Origin: Hyphochytrium catenoides
Lineage: Eukaryota; Protista; Hyphochytriomycota
Length of the DNA stretch: 45,487 bases
Direction of reading: 5' to 3'
Assembly (NCBI GenBank): GCA_900088475.1
Contig: FLMG01000322.1
Coordinates: 1-45,487 of the forward strand
Shown: positions 22,557 through 38,835 of the stretch, piece by piece
Numbering within the stretch: position 1 is the stretch's first letter
How the letters are laid out: every line of letters begins with the position of its first letter
Position numbers and translations under genes: made by a program
Notes under the pieces: generated by a model
Databases searched by the model: none
What the model was told of the DNA's origin: nothing
What the model saw: only the letters and a program-made list of their open reading frames with translations

Positions 22557-23719
22557 GCAGCGTGACCAGCCTATACGCCAAAAGAAACATATCTCTTGCT
22601 TCCCCCCAGACTCCTTTGCCATTTCCCAGTTTCGCTTTTCTGTTCCTTATCTCCTGGCATTGTGCCGCAGAGTATCCTCTTCACTCTCCCTCGGCTACTA
22701 CTTTCTCTTCGTTATCGCGGGAGTGAGGGCACTTCGTGCTCGCCGAAGAGAGAGAGAGAAGGAAATGAGGCATACTCTGTGAGAGCCAACAGTAGGGGGA
22801 CCAAATCTCGACGAGGACTGAAAAAAGTAAGGTAGCATCTTTGTTATGCTTGCTCTAGCATGGGATGTCGACTCTAGGCCAATACCATCTGTCGGGCTTA
22901 CATGGACATGAGGTAGACCAAAAAAAAGCTCTGACTATCAAAAGAAGGAGGAGACAGGCTGGGTTAAGTGAGTCTTTGGAGCTGAGAGTCCTCTCTCTTC
23001 ATCCTGAACCCAACAACCCATTCAAATAACGTGAGCTTTACGTCCTCACCATGGCAGCACACTTCTTTCTCCTCCTATCGTCCCTAGGCTGATCACTTCT
23101 ACATTATCAACGAGGAGCTGCGTGGTGCCGGCCTTTCAACCCTCGATAGGTTCATACGCTATGATAACGAGCAGTCAGATTAGATCAGCAGCCTGAGTCA
23201 AGGAACAAATAAAGAGATTGTCGAGGGCATTAGCATGAGAACGGAGAGGGAGAGGTAAGGGGAGGAGGGAGAGAGAGAGAGAGAGAGAGAGTTATCTTCC
23301 AATCTTCTTAGCCTGCTGACGAAACAGAAAAAGGGATACAAAGGATTCTTACAGCCCGCCGTATCCGAGATTTGACTGAGTGGATATTTGATAGACCTGG
23401 TGTAGCCGGACCTATCCCAAATATACTGACTGTTGTAGTTGAGAGAAGAGAACTGGATGGACAGAGTGGGCCAGGGAGGGGATTCCAGGCGAGACAGAGC
23501 AACTGAAGTGTGCTACATTAGCTAAAGACAGAGTGAGGGCGAGATACATACCAATAGTAGAGTGGGGGATTTCCCAGAGAGACAGAATAAGACCGGGTGA
23601 GATAGTTTGTGAGACAGAGTCTTGAAGAGAGAGAGAGGGATGAAAGAGAGAGGTTCCTCCTTGTTCCATTGAAAAGATTTTGTTGATGTTTGTCCCTCGC
23701 TCCCTCCCTGTCTCTCTCT

Positions 23720-23801
23720 NNNNNNNNNNNNNNNNNNNNNNNNNNNNNNNNNNNNNNNNNNNNNNNNNNNNNNNNNNNNNNNNNNNNNNNNNNNNNNNNN
23801 N
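23720..23801. other. Assembly gap (N run) inside a (CT)n tract
   Basis: Run of n flanked by CT repeats. Confidence 1.
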
Positions 23802-23844
<43 letters not shown>

Positions 23845-24031
23845 GCTGAAAGATGAGCGACGGGCTTATTACAAGGAGGCAATTGGCAAGAGAAAGCGAC
23901 ACTCGTCTTCAGTCTTCTGTCTCCTCACCTAATCTCAAAAGCTCCAGCTGCAGGTGGAGAGAGAAGGAGTTACCGTTCCAGGAGAAGAGAGAGAGGAACG
24001 GAGCTTTGAGCTCAGTCCATTCCTCCTCTCC

Positions 24032-24047
24032 TCATTCATTCATTTCC
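24032..24047 (+). promoter_or_regulatory. Possible initiator + flanking (INR/FPR-like) core promoter element for GCLC
   Basis: TCATTCA-TT-CATTTCC about 25 nt upstream of the ATG; one mismatch from the oomycete-type YCAYTYY-NN-MWTTTNC pattern. Short, so it could be chance. Confidence 0.3.
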
Positions 24048-24071
24048 TGGGATTGACGCTTCACCTCCGTC

Positions 24072-24314
24072 ATGGGGTTGCTCGTGGTTGGCACTCCCTT
24101 GGAGTGGGAGGAGGCCCTTCAATATTTGAAGCACGTCAGGGAGCACGGGATCCAGCAGTTCTTGGCGGTGTACCGTCGCGTCAAGGACATCAGCGGGGAT
24201 GTACTACGATGGGGCGATGAGCTGGAGTATCACGTGCTTGAGCTAGGTCGACAAAAGCTATCTCTTCTTCGTCTACCCAACCCTTTGTTCCTGTCTTCGT
24301 TTCCCTCTCTCTCC

Positions 24315-24353
<39 letters not shown>

Positions 24354-25097
24354 GGTTCTCTCTCATTCGTTTCTTCTGTCTCTCTCTTTCTCTTCCTCGT
24401 TCTGGTCCTTTCCCTTCTCCTCGATGCCCTGCGTTCCCCCAGATAATGGAAATACTCTGTGATCTTCGCTTTACTTTAGCTCTTGACTGTCAAGTCAGCT
24501 TTCATTCTTATTTCTTCGGCTCTCTTTTCGCTCTTGATCCGTCGTTATATCACTATTAAAGCATTCTATGACAGGGTTTGGTTGACAAGCTCGTTCCTGC
24601 CTCTTTCCTGTCTCTTTATCCTCTTCATAGATCCTATGCCACTGTCTTCTCTTCTAAACGTGTCACCTACTTGCTTTATTCTGCTTTAGCGCGAAGTATT
24701 CTGCACCTTATAAACGCTCCACAGATCACGAGAAGAAGACTGTCCGGTTGGCCCTGCGCGGCCATGAGATCCTGCACGCACTTCAAAAGAAGGAGGAAGG
24801 GCTGACGCGCGATGCGCACACAGAAGGCTGCAGCTGGCACCCGGAGTACGGGTGAGATACAGAAAGGGAGAGAACAAGAGAGTTAGAGACAGGGAAAGAA
24901 CAAGAGAGAGCGAAAGCGGTCTTCTCTGTCTTCCTGTCTCCTTCTCTTCAGCGAAATGTTCCTTCTTATCGCTGGCCAAGTAGTCCGTTCACTCCGTTAA
25001 TTATTCCTTATCCGAGTTCCCACAATATCCCTCACCTCTCTTAGGTCCTCCGCATGTCGTCTTTCTCCCTTACTCTTTACAACCTTTTTGGTCTCTC

Positions 25098-25148
<51 letters not shown>

Positions 25149-28100
25149 CTCTGTCGCTGTCTGTCTCACACACCTGCACACGAATTATTTCTACTGTCCT
25201 CACTAGTCGGTGGATGATTGAGGGCACCCCTTCGGCTCCCTATGGAGGGTTCACGAAAGATCTAGTTCGCGTGGAGGCAAATCTACGACTCAGGAGACGG
25301 CGCATTCTGGCTAACCTTCGTCCTAACGAGATCTGCCCCACAATTACGGCTTTCCCTATGGTATGACGCATTCAGTAGGACTAGCTACATTGTCCCTCTC
25401 TCTCTCTTTCTCTCACCTCTTCTCGTCCGGTCTGTAACTTATGCTGGGCTTCACGTTTTCAGTCCCTCTGGCCTAGCCTATCGTTTCTTTCAGAGCCACC
25501 AGCTCTGTCTTCAGAGCCCACTTTGGATGGCTGGAGCACTTTCGCCTTTTAGCATCCAAGACTTGGTTCCCTTAGACTTCACCCTCCATACGCACATCAT
25601 AAACTCTCGTCATTCCTACGTGCTGCTTCCCTCCTGTCGCTTTAGGAAGTCTCCTTTCTACTTTTTGCTTCAAGGGTTCTCCGCCTTTTGCAGTCCTTAC
25701 CCTTGGTTTTCCTAACCATGACCCCGAACTGTCCCTCTATGTGATCCAATTTCTATTAACCACAATTTCAACAGATGGGCGTGGGAGACTTTACCTCTCC
25801 ATCCTACCCTCCAGGGGGAGCTATTTCGCTCTCAGATTATGTACCGGATGCCTGCATTAACCCCCATCCCCGTTTTGGAACCCTTACGCGCAATATTAGA
25901 AAGAGGAGGGGAGGCAAGGTGCGGGAAAGCGCTCGCTGTCTCTTTGACTTCATCTTCTTCCTCTAGCTCAGGTTCCGTACGGCTTCTAGAGCTTCTCGGT
26001 GTGTTTCGAACGCCCTGGTTTGCTCTCTGACATGCCCAGGTGGACAACAGGGAGAACTTGTGAACGTATCTTTGTTCCGTGTTCCTGCTTTGGCAGACCT
26101 CGTTCCATCTCTTCTCATTACCTGTTCGCGGTTCCGACTCCGCGTGTGTCCTGCTTCTTGCCTTGTAGAAGCCAGTCATTGCCTTTGAACTAAGAGGCTT
26201 TGCTGTAGGTGGATATTAGGGTGCCCATATATCAGGACAAGTACACCCAGGGAGGGCCAATGAAGAAAAAGAAGCAGGGAGTTAACGGTGGTAGGGAAGA
26301 GAAAGGGGTTGAGAACTCCGCTGCCTGGCAGGCAGAGAGAGCAAGGACGGTAACGCACTCTTATTCTGGCACAGACCTGAAGGGTAAGTGCCGTCTGCTC
26401 TACGCTATTTCTTTAAGATGTTCGCTTTGTCCCTTCCTTACGGAGATCGTCCGTGCCAAAGACCCGTTCTTCGCCCTGGCCATACCTACGTTCAGTAAAC
26501 GCTGTTTTGCATCTGCTCGTTACCCTTTCCGAACCTGTTTCTTGACTTTGAACCTTTCGATCAGGCATTGCGGATGGCACCAAGGCCCCAGAGCCTGGTC
26601 CTCGAGTTCCTTTCCCTGCGGTGGAAGATGATCATGAGTTTGTGCATATGGACTGTATGGCGTTTGGTATGGGGATGTGTTGTCTGCAGGTCACGTTTCA
26701 GGTACTTTGATTGCTTCGGTCTTTTGTTGAGATTTTCGTAGGCGTCAACCTCATTCTGCTCAGCGAGAGTGCCTCTTTCCTGGTCTTCTTATTTCGAACT
26801 CTGAAACCTTTCGGTCATGCTGGCCTGAGATCTGCTAATATATATATTATCCTCCTTGGCTCTGTTTTACTTTCTCTCAAAGCCCTTGTTGACGAAGCAT
26901 TTCTGCAACCATGGAAATATCGGGTCTTTGTCTCTCTATTGAAGTCAGACTGGCTAACAGTGCCTGATTTCTGTCCTCAGGCTGTGGATATTGACGAGTC
27001 AAGACATCTTTATGACCATCTAGCTGTCCTGGCCCCACTTTTCCTGGCTCTTACAGCGGCAACACCCATACTTAAGGGGTAAGGCTTCTTGTTTGCCTTG
27101 CTTTGCTGGACTTGGACGTAGTGCTTTCAGGGAGCCACGGTGGTGATAGACTGCAAGAGTGTTCGCTCGCTCTGTTGTCGGCTCACTTCCCTATGACCTA
27201 CAGGAACCTTGTAGACACCGATGTTAGGTGGGCCACGATCGCTGCTTCGGTAGACGACAGGTACTCTGACCTCTTTGTTTGGTTCATTTCACCATCTTCC
27301 AAAGTTTTGCCAACCTTTACCTTGTTCGTTTACTGGGCTTAGAATAGTTACCAAAAGCGCAAATTGCGCATGGTGTCTTTCTCCTCATCTCTCTGTATCA
27401 TTCGTTACTCTACTTCTTGCTTTCTCGCTCTGGGCAGCACGCTCCCAGCTCTCGTATGTCCTTCTTTTCCCTCTGCTGTTGCTCTCGCCACGTCGCTTCC
27501 TAAAGTCGGTTTTGTATAGAACTCCTCAGGAGAGAGGCTGCAAGGATCCCCCACAAGATAAAGAGACTAAGCAGCGCTATGACTTCTACGCCGGGAAGGG
27601 GATTAGACGCCTTCCCAAGTCTAGGTAGATAACGATACACTCCCTCCTCGCAGGCCGAACCTCTCTCTTCATTAGTCTCTTGCATCCTGTCTCTCTTTCT
27701 ATCTCGACTGCCTCTCCCTGTCTCTAGTCTCTACACTTCCTGACCCTGTGTTTGCCGTTATCTCTTACAATCTTACAATGCTGCCTGCAGATATGAAAGT
27801 ATTTCCCGCTTCATTTGCTTCCACAAGGGTGGTTCAGACCCCTCCACGTCTCTTGACAAATACAATGATATCGCAGCTCCCTACGATGAAGAATCCTTCA
27901 ACACGCTTGTTGAAAATGGTAGGAAACTCGCAAGGGTGGTACTCCTGCAAGCCTCTTCCTACTCTACCCGTTCTACTATGACTCCTCACGTGGTTTTTAC
28001 ATTGGTTTGCTAATTCACTGTTCAGCTGTGTGAGCTCTAGTTATCTTGTGCTTGCTAAGGATGGCTCGCTGTCTCTCTGCTCATTTCCATCTTACCGTTG

Positions 28101-30262
28101 CGCAACCTTTCGCTAGGTGTTGATGAAGTGCTAGCACAACACATCGCCCATCTTTTTATCCGTGATCCTCTAGTAATATTCAGCGAGCGCGTGTATTTGG
28201 ATGACGCCAAGGACACAGACCACTGGGAAAACCTGCAGAGCACGAACTGGCAGACAGTTAGATGGAAACCTCCTCCTCCTCCACCTGCAGGTACTCACGA
28301 GCTGCAGAAAGTCTAAAGGGCACTCTAAGGGTTAGGGAAACGGAGAAACAAGATAGCAAGATAGGGCCCCTCAAGATGGCAGATTGATGGTCTTGTAGAC
28401 CGTTTCTTGCATGACGTTTCGTATCCTCTGGTATCTCCATGCCATTTCTTGATCTGTTGACCTATCCTCTCTCCCATCTATGTCTCTTATTCTTAGGAGA
28501 GTCACGGCATCCCGATATCGGGTGGCGAGTCGAATTCCGGACGATGGAAACACAGCTAACAGACTTTGAGAACGCAGCGTTCACAGTCTTCCTAGTTCTC
28601 GTGTCCAGAGTCATTCTAGCATTTGATTTGAACCTATACATTCCGCTGTCGAAGGTAAGCGAAGTGGGGAAGAGTTGCGCCTGATCGTCGATGAGAGAAC
28701 GGAATTGGAGTGTATGTGCAGCAGAAATGTAACATCCTTTAGCCGAAAAGCTAGATGTCTGTTAGCTTGCATGAGGAGAATCTTCCCATTTGTGCCAGTA
28801 ACAAACGGCAAACTCTCTTTTGGAATTGAATGTTTATTAGCACTTGGCCGGTCTCCTGTCTCCCTCGGACGCTCTCCATATCTCGTTGCTCGACTAACTT
28901 TGCCTGAGTAGGTGGATGAAAATCTAGAGATTGCGCACCGGAGGGATGCCATCACCTCTGAAAAGTTCTGGTTCCGCAGTCATCTGGCGCCACCCCAAGT
29001 GGAAGACTGCTGTGAGGAGGATTGCAGAGTGCATTCCAATGAGGTCAGTGTAACTAGAGTAGCCGGATCAATGCTAAATCTAGTGGAGAGCAAGAGATGA
29101 CCAGTAGATCGATACAAGTAGAGAGAGAGTGTGGAAGCTTAAAGAACGATGGGGCCGCCAAGATGTACCTTTGAAGGAGAAAACTTCGTGGAAATGCGCA
29201 AGGCAGTGGAGGAGGGGCCTTTTATTTTTATTTAGACGGACCCCGAGGCTCGTGCCTTTGGGACTGAGGGCGTCATTGGAGCTCAAGAAAGAAACACCGA
29301 TCCGAACGAGTCACTCATTTTCCTGCTCGTCCCCGCCGCCCTTTATTAGGATCATTACGAGCTGATGACCTTGACGGAGATTTTGACCGGAAAAGGCCGC
29401 TACTTTCCTGGACTGATCCCACTGGTGTACGCCTACCTTGACCACATTAAGTGTGACCCACACACGAAGTCTAGGATACATACTTACATCCAGGTAAGAG
29501 AAACTCTGTACAACTCTCTTGATACAGAAGGAAACGGATTGAAAAGGGAGATGGCGCAACGCGAGCATAGAGTTAGATTGGACCCTGAGACTAAGAGATT
29601 AGTATCTTTGAGAGGTAACTGAGACTAAGAGAGGACTGTCTTTGAGAGAGGTAAAAACAAAGGTGACGCTTGAAAGTCGCGGAGGGCGAGTTGCAAGCTT
29701 CAAAGCGGAAATAGCACTCTTCTCTTAGCCGTCGCATCCCCTGTATTCAGCTCATCCGCAAGAGAGCCTCTGGAGGACTGATGACGGCTGCTTCGTGGAT
29801 GAGGAAGTTTGTTCATGAACATCCTGCTTACAAGCACGACTCACGGTAAGGCTTTCTTCCAGTCAACCTACCACCTATCCTCTCGTCACGACTAAGCTCT
29901 GGTCCTGCCTATCTTAGTGTGTCGCAGGAAGTCGCCTTTGACTTGATGGAAGAGTGCAGGAAGATTGGAGAGGGAGAAATTCCATGCCCAGAGCTGCTTG
30001 GAGACATCACCATTGATCCTATTAAAGCTCTGGAACCCTACGAAGTGTATCTTACGGGTGAGTCTCTCCCTTCTCTCCTCTACTTTGCTAGATGTCACTT
30101 CCGAAACCACGTGACCGGACCCTTCTCTGTCTTAAGCGTTGCTGGGCACCTTATAGCATCTGCTGACTGTACTGACGCCACGACATGGCAGGCAACCCCC
30201 TGCAAGCTACCCAGCGCCAGAAGCTAGTCCAGCGGTATTTGCAGCGAAAGCAATCTACTTAG
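24072..30262 (+). CDS. GCLC: Glutamate-cysteine ligase catalytic subunit (gamma-GCS, animal/fungal/protist type), 17 exons
   Basis: [12 protein letters not shown]...HGIQQFL...[112 protein letters not shown]. All 17 exons join in frame to TAG at 30260-30262. Confidence 0.97.
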
Positions 30263-30403
30263 CCGCTACTGCTAGTAGGTCGTAGCTCTTTCTTCCTCTT
30301 CCGCTCTTCTATTCCTCTCTGCGGGCACCTGCTGTCGACCGAGCCGAGTCCTAAGGCATCTAAGAGTCAATCTTCCCTTTCAGGGGCCCTTTCCTTAGTG
30401 CTC

Positions 30404-31287
30404 CTAGTCTACGACCAATAGAAGCGGCTCCTTATGATCAGCTGGCTTGTAGTCATAGAGAAGGGTAACCACCTAGAGATCGCGATAACGTCAGGTTCAG
30501 CTGACTGTTTCCATGCTACTTGAATCTTACCACTTCCGGGGCGTTCTTCGGTGCTCCCTTGATGCCATAGTCGGCTAACGTCTTCATGTCGTCAACCATC
30601 TCATTCTTCTCTAAGTAGCGCTCCTTGCATATCACAAGCTTCTCAATATTGCCGTGCATCTCTTGGATTCGCTTCTAAAAAGAGTATGTCAGCCCACTTC
30701 GGATGGCGTTTGCAGCGTCACGGGGGGTCCTGTCAGACACAGTGTATCCTTCCGCAAGCTCTCTGTTGCCTCTCCTCGCTATCCCACTCTACTCTCTCTT
30801 GCCTCTCCTCGCTATCCGACTGTGCCGCTGAGAACTTCAGAGTTTCTATTTGCTCAGCAATCTTCTCTCTTCTCAGTCTTATCACCTTGATGATAAAGAT
30901 TCTTGTGGAGGTCTTTACCCTCAAAGTCGAGTTAAGGTGGCTCCAATTAAAAAGCTTGATATATAGCACAGGGCAGGGGAGAGAGAGAGAGATCAGTGGG
31001 GTTCCGGCTGCCATGAACCTTTGTTCAGCTTACTTTGAGGTCCAGAGTCACCCATTCTTCTTCCTCTGTCTCCTTAACCACAATCGGATGGAAAGCAGCC
31101 TGTGAGGATCAAACGGGAAGTGAGCACTCTCTTCGTTCATCTTTGACTCTGCCACTCTCTCAGTCTCTCTTTGTGTCTCTCTCTGTCTCCTACTCTCTCT
31201 CTCTTTCTCTCTCTCATACGGAAAGATAGTCACCTGTGAGGCCTCTTTGATAGCGTTGTCTCCAGACGCATGGTCGTTGTTCGCCAT
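30404..31287 (-). CDS. Small ubiquitin-like (beta-grasp) protein without C-terminal GG, 133 aa. Exons 31287-31234, 31099-31034, 30954-30886, 30674-30531, 30472-30404
   Basis: Five phase-0 exons give MANNDHASGDNAIKEASQ|AAFHPIVVKETEEEEWVTLDLK|LFNWSHLNSTLRVKTSTRIFIIK|KRIQEMHGNIEKLVICKERYLEKNEMVDDMKTLADYGIKGAPKNAPEV|VVTLLYDYKPADHKEPLLLVVD*. DDMKTLADYGI parallels ubiquitin DGRTLSDYNI. Confidence 0.8.
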
Positions 31288-31753
31288 TCTCCCTAATCAG
31301 CCTCTGCTGTCAGTGCCCCAGACTGGTTGTGGAGCTACGACGCACGACCTAGAAGCTGCAGGAGACAGCGAGCGATAGACCGACACAGGCGCAGATGGAA
31401 GAGGCGAGCAGCATGAGATAGAAGGGGAAGAGAAGGAAGGTATCAGCCGCATCCCGAGCACTATGATCAGAAGATGACGGCGACAATGGCAAAGCCAGGA
31501 GCAAGACGAAAGGAAACGACAAAAGATTGTCAAGACCTCAAGCTTAGAGAGAAAAAGTCAGAGGGAGAGAGGGAGAGAGAGAGCAGTATCAAAGAAGAAA
31601 GAGAGAGGGAGAAGCTACGAATAAAAGACTGTGTATGCTTGGCAAGGGGATGAACAAGAGGATGGAGGGAAATAGAGACAAGACAGAGCAGGAGATAGGA
31701 AGGGAAGAGACATAAAAGGTTGAGAGTAAAGAAGGCAAGCGGGAAAGGCAGGT

Positions 31754-31755
<2 letters not shown>

Positions 31756-31807
<52 letters not shown>

Positions 31808-31905
31808 AAACAGAGAGAGCCAAACAGAGATAGAGAGAGAGCCAAACAGAGAGAGAGAGAGAGAGAGCCAAACAGAGAGAGAGGCATGAGGAAGGAGAGA
31901 GAGAC
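31756..31905. repeat. (GA)n tract with four interspersed gagccaaacagaga units
   Basis: Direct inspection. Confidence 0.9.
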
Positions 31906-32830
31906 AAAGTGATGAAACGATCAGAAGCGCCCCATCGTGAAAGAAAGTAAGAGTAGTGTTAGAACTATAGGAAAGTAGGGAAAGAGGTAAAAGAAGAGAG
32001 AACAGGGATGATCATGGGAAGGGAAAGGGAGCGTCTTTGGACCTGCACCTACAGCTAAGGCGGTTTAGGATTAGCCCAAAATCGCCAAGAGAACAATGTT
32101 ATATTAAGTGCAGAGGCGAAGGTATAGGACAAAGTGGATGGGTAAGACCGGGGGAATAACGGATCCAGCAATCAAGGTGAAGCTGGTTTATTTCATTTCC
32201 TGTCGCAAGTAATATGTGAAAGTTACAATGCCCATCCCCTCTAATGTATCCACTTTGGCACAAGGATTGTTGCGCTATGTTTCTTTCCTTGTTCTTGTAT
32301 ATTTCTCACCTGCGATCCTCTTTCCTTTCAGCACATGCGCAAGCATCCAGGTTCCTAATCTGATTCATTATGGAAGATTTTATCAGGGATATTATGGTGC
32401 TTACAACTTGGCCCTGGAGACTTCAAACCCAGTATTACTTGATGACGGTCTTACTGGGCTTATAATGGAGTTGTGAGTTTGTGCCAAGCAAGCTGTGCGT
32501 ACAGAGGCAATAATAACCTAGAGGTACGCGAGGGCTTAATATTATCTATGGCTTACAATTATATTGCGGGCATCGGGCACGGCCGAAAGAGACGGAGAAT
32601 CAGCTCGGAAACGCAGCTTGTTCGCTCGTCTGCAAAGAGAGATTATTGGCACTTCAAGGGCTTGTCTATAGGCCATAGGGGCAATGACCACCGTCTTACG
32701 ATGAACCTTTAGAAAGGCCATAAAGTGCTCCTGGGTAGCACTACTAGGAAGCGTAGCGCGGGGAGAGCGTCTTTGTGAGGGTGGGGGATGAAAGTGGTTG
32801 CTGCCACGCGGTAGCGGAGCATTTAGGTCG

Positions 32831-37925
<5,095 letters not shown>

Positions 37926-38835
37926 ACGCAGGTCGACAAACGGCAGGCAAGTGAGACCTTGTGAATCTGCAGACCGCAGTCTGTCGCCTCTCGACGCGAG
38001 TGCGGTCTGTCTCTCCTTCTCCAACCTCATTGGCCCAAGGTCGTAAGAGGGCAACGCTTTGCTTTGCTTTCTGCCAATTCTTTGCTCAGGTCCATGGCAG
38101 GAGGACCAAAAGTCAAGCGAACTGCACGGCAGGGAGTAAGGCTTCGTAGATGTAAGAGTTATCATAGGATTGGTAGCTTGTATTATAGGGGGTTATGACC
38201 CAGCCATATTGGCGAGAGAAAGAGTAGATAAGGCATTGGAGAAACTCCCACGTTCCGCAGCTAGCTGCCCCAACTCTGTAATAGGCAAGCCAGAGGCGGA
38301 ACCTCTTATGAGCCTTCAACAATTATAACACTATCAATTGACGCTCCTCACCACTGATGGTTGACGACCAAGGAGACAGGGGCAGTGTGGTCGTTCAAAG
38401 TATTTGAGCTGCAACTATTGAGAAGAGATAGTGCTGCCTAGGACGCGAAAGCGCTAACACATAAGGTTACTCCTGACCTATATTATGTGAGGTTAGGAAA
38501 TGGAATGCTAGATAACATGCATATAATGCCCATTCAGTAGGGCCAAATGCAACTTATGCACATATTGAGGCGAGGGTGCGACTCAGGAGGAGAATTATCA
38601 TAAAGATATTGAACATCGCGCCGACTACGACTTCTTTACAAGAGCCAGCTCTCTGGGTAGCCTAAGAACTGACGGCACTCCCAGTGCGACAGCCTCAGGC
38701 TGAGTGAGTGGTAGTCCCCAATCTCCGCGGTAACTTCAAAGCAAGATATGTCCCTCTAGGTCTTTCATAGTCCAATTTGCTCGACTCTGTTCTAGACCTG
38801 ACCCGTCCTGTAAGTGTCTTTCTCCGTTAGGCTGC

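Noticed and set aside
30760-30825. About 33-bp tandem duplication (ttgcctctcctcgctatcc twice)
   Set aside because: Simple local slippage duplication inside an intron.
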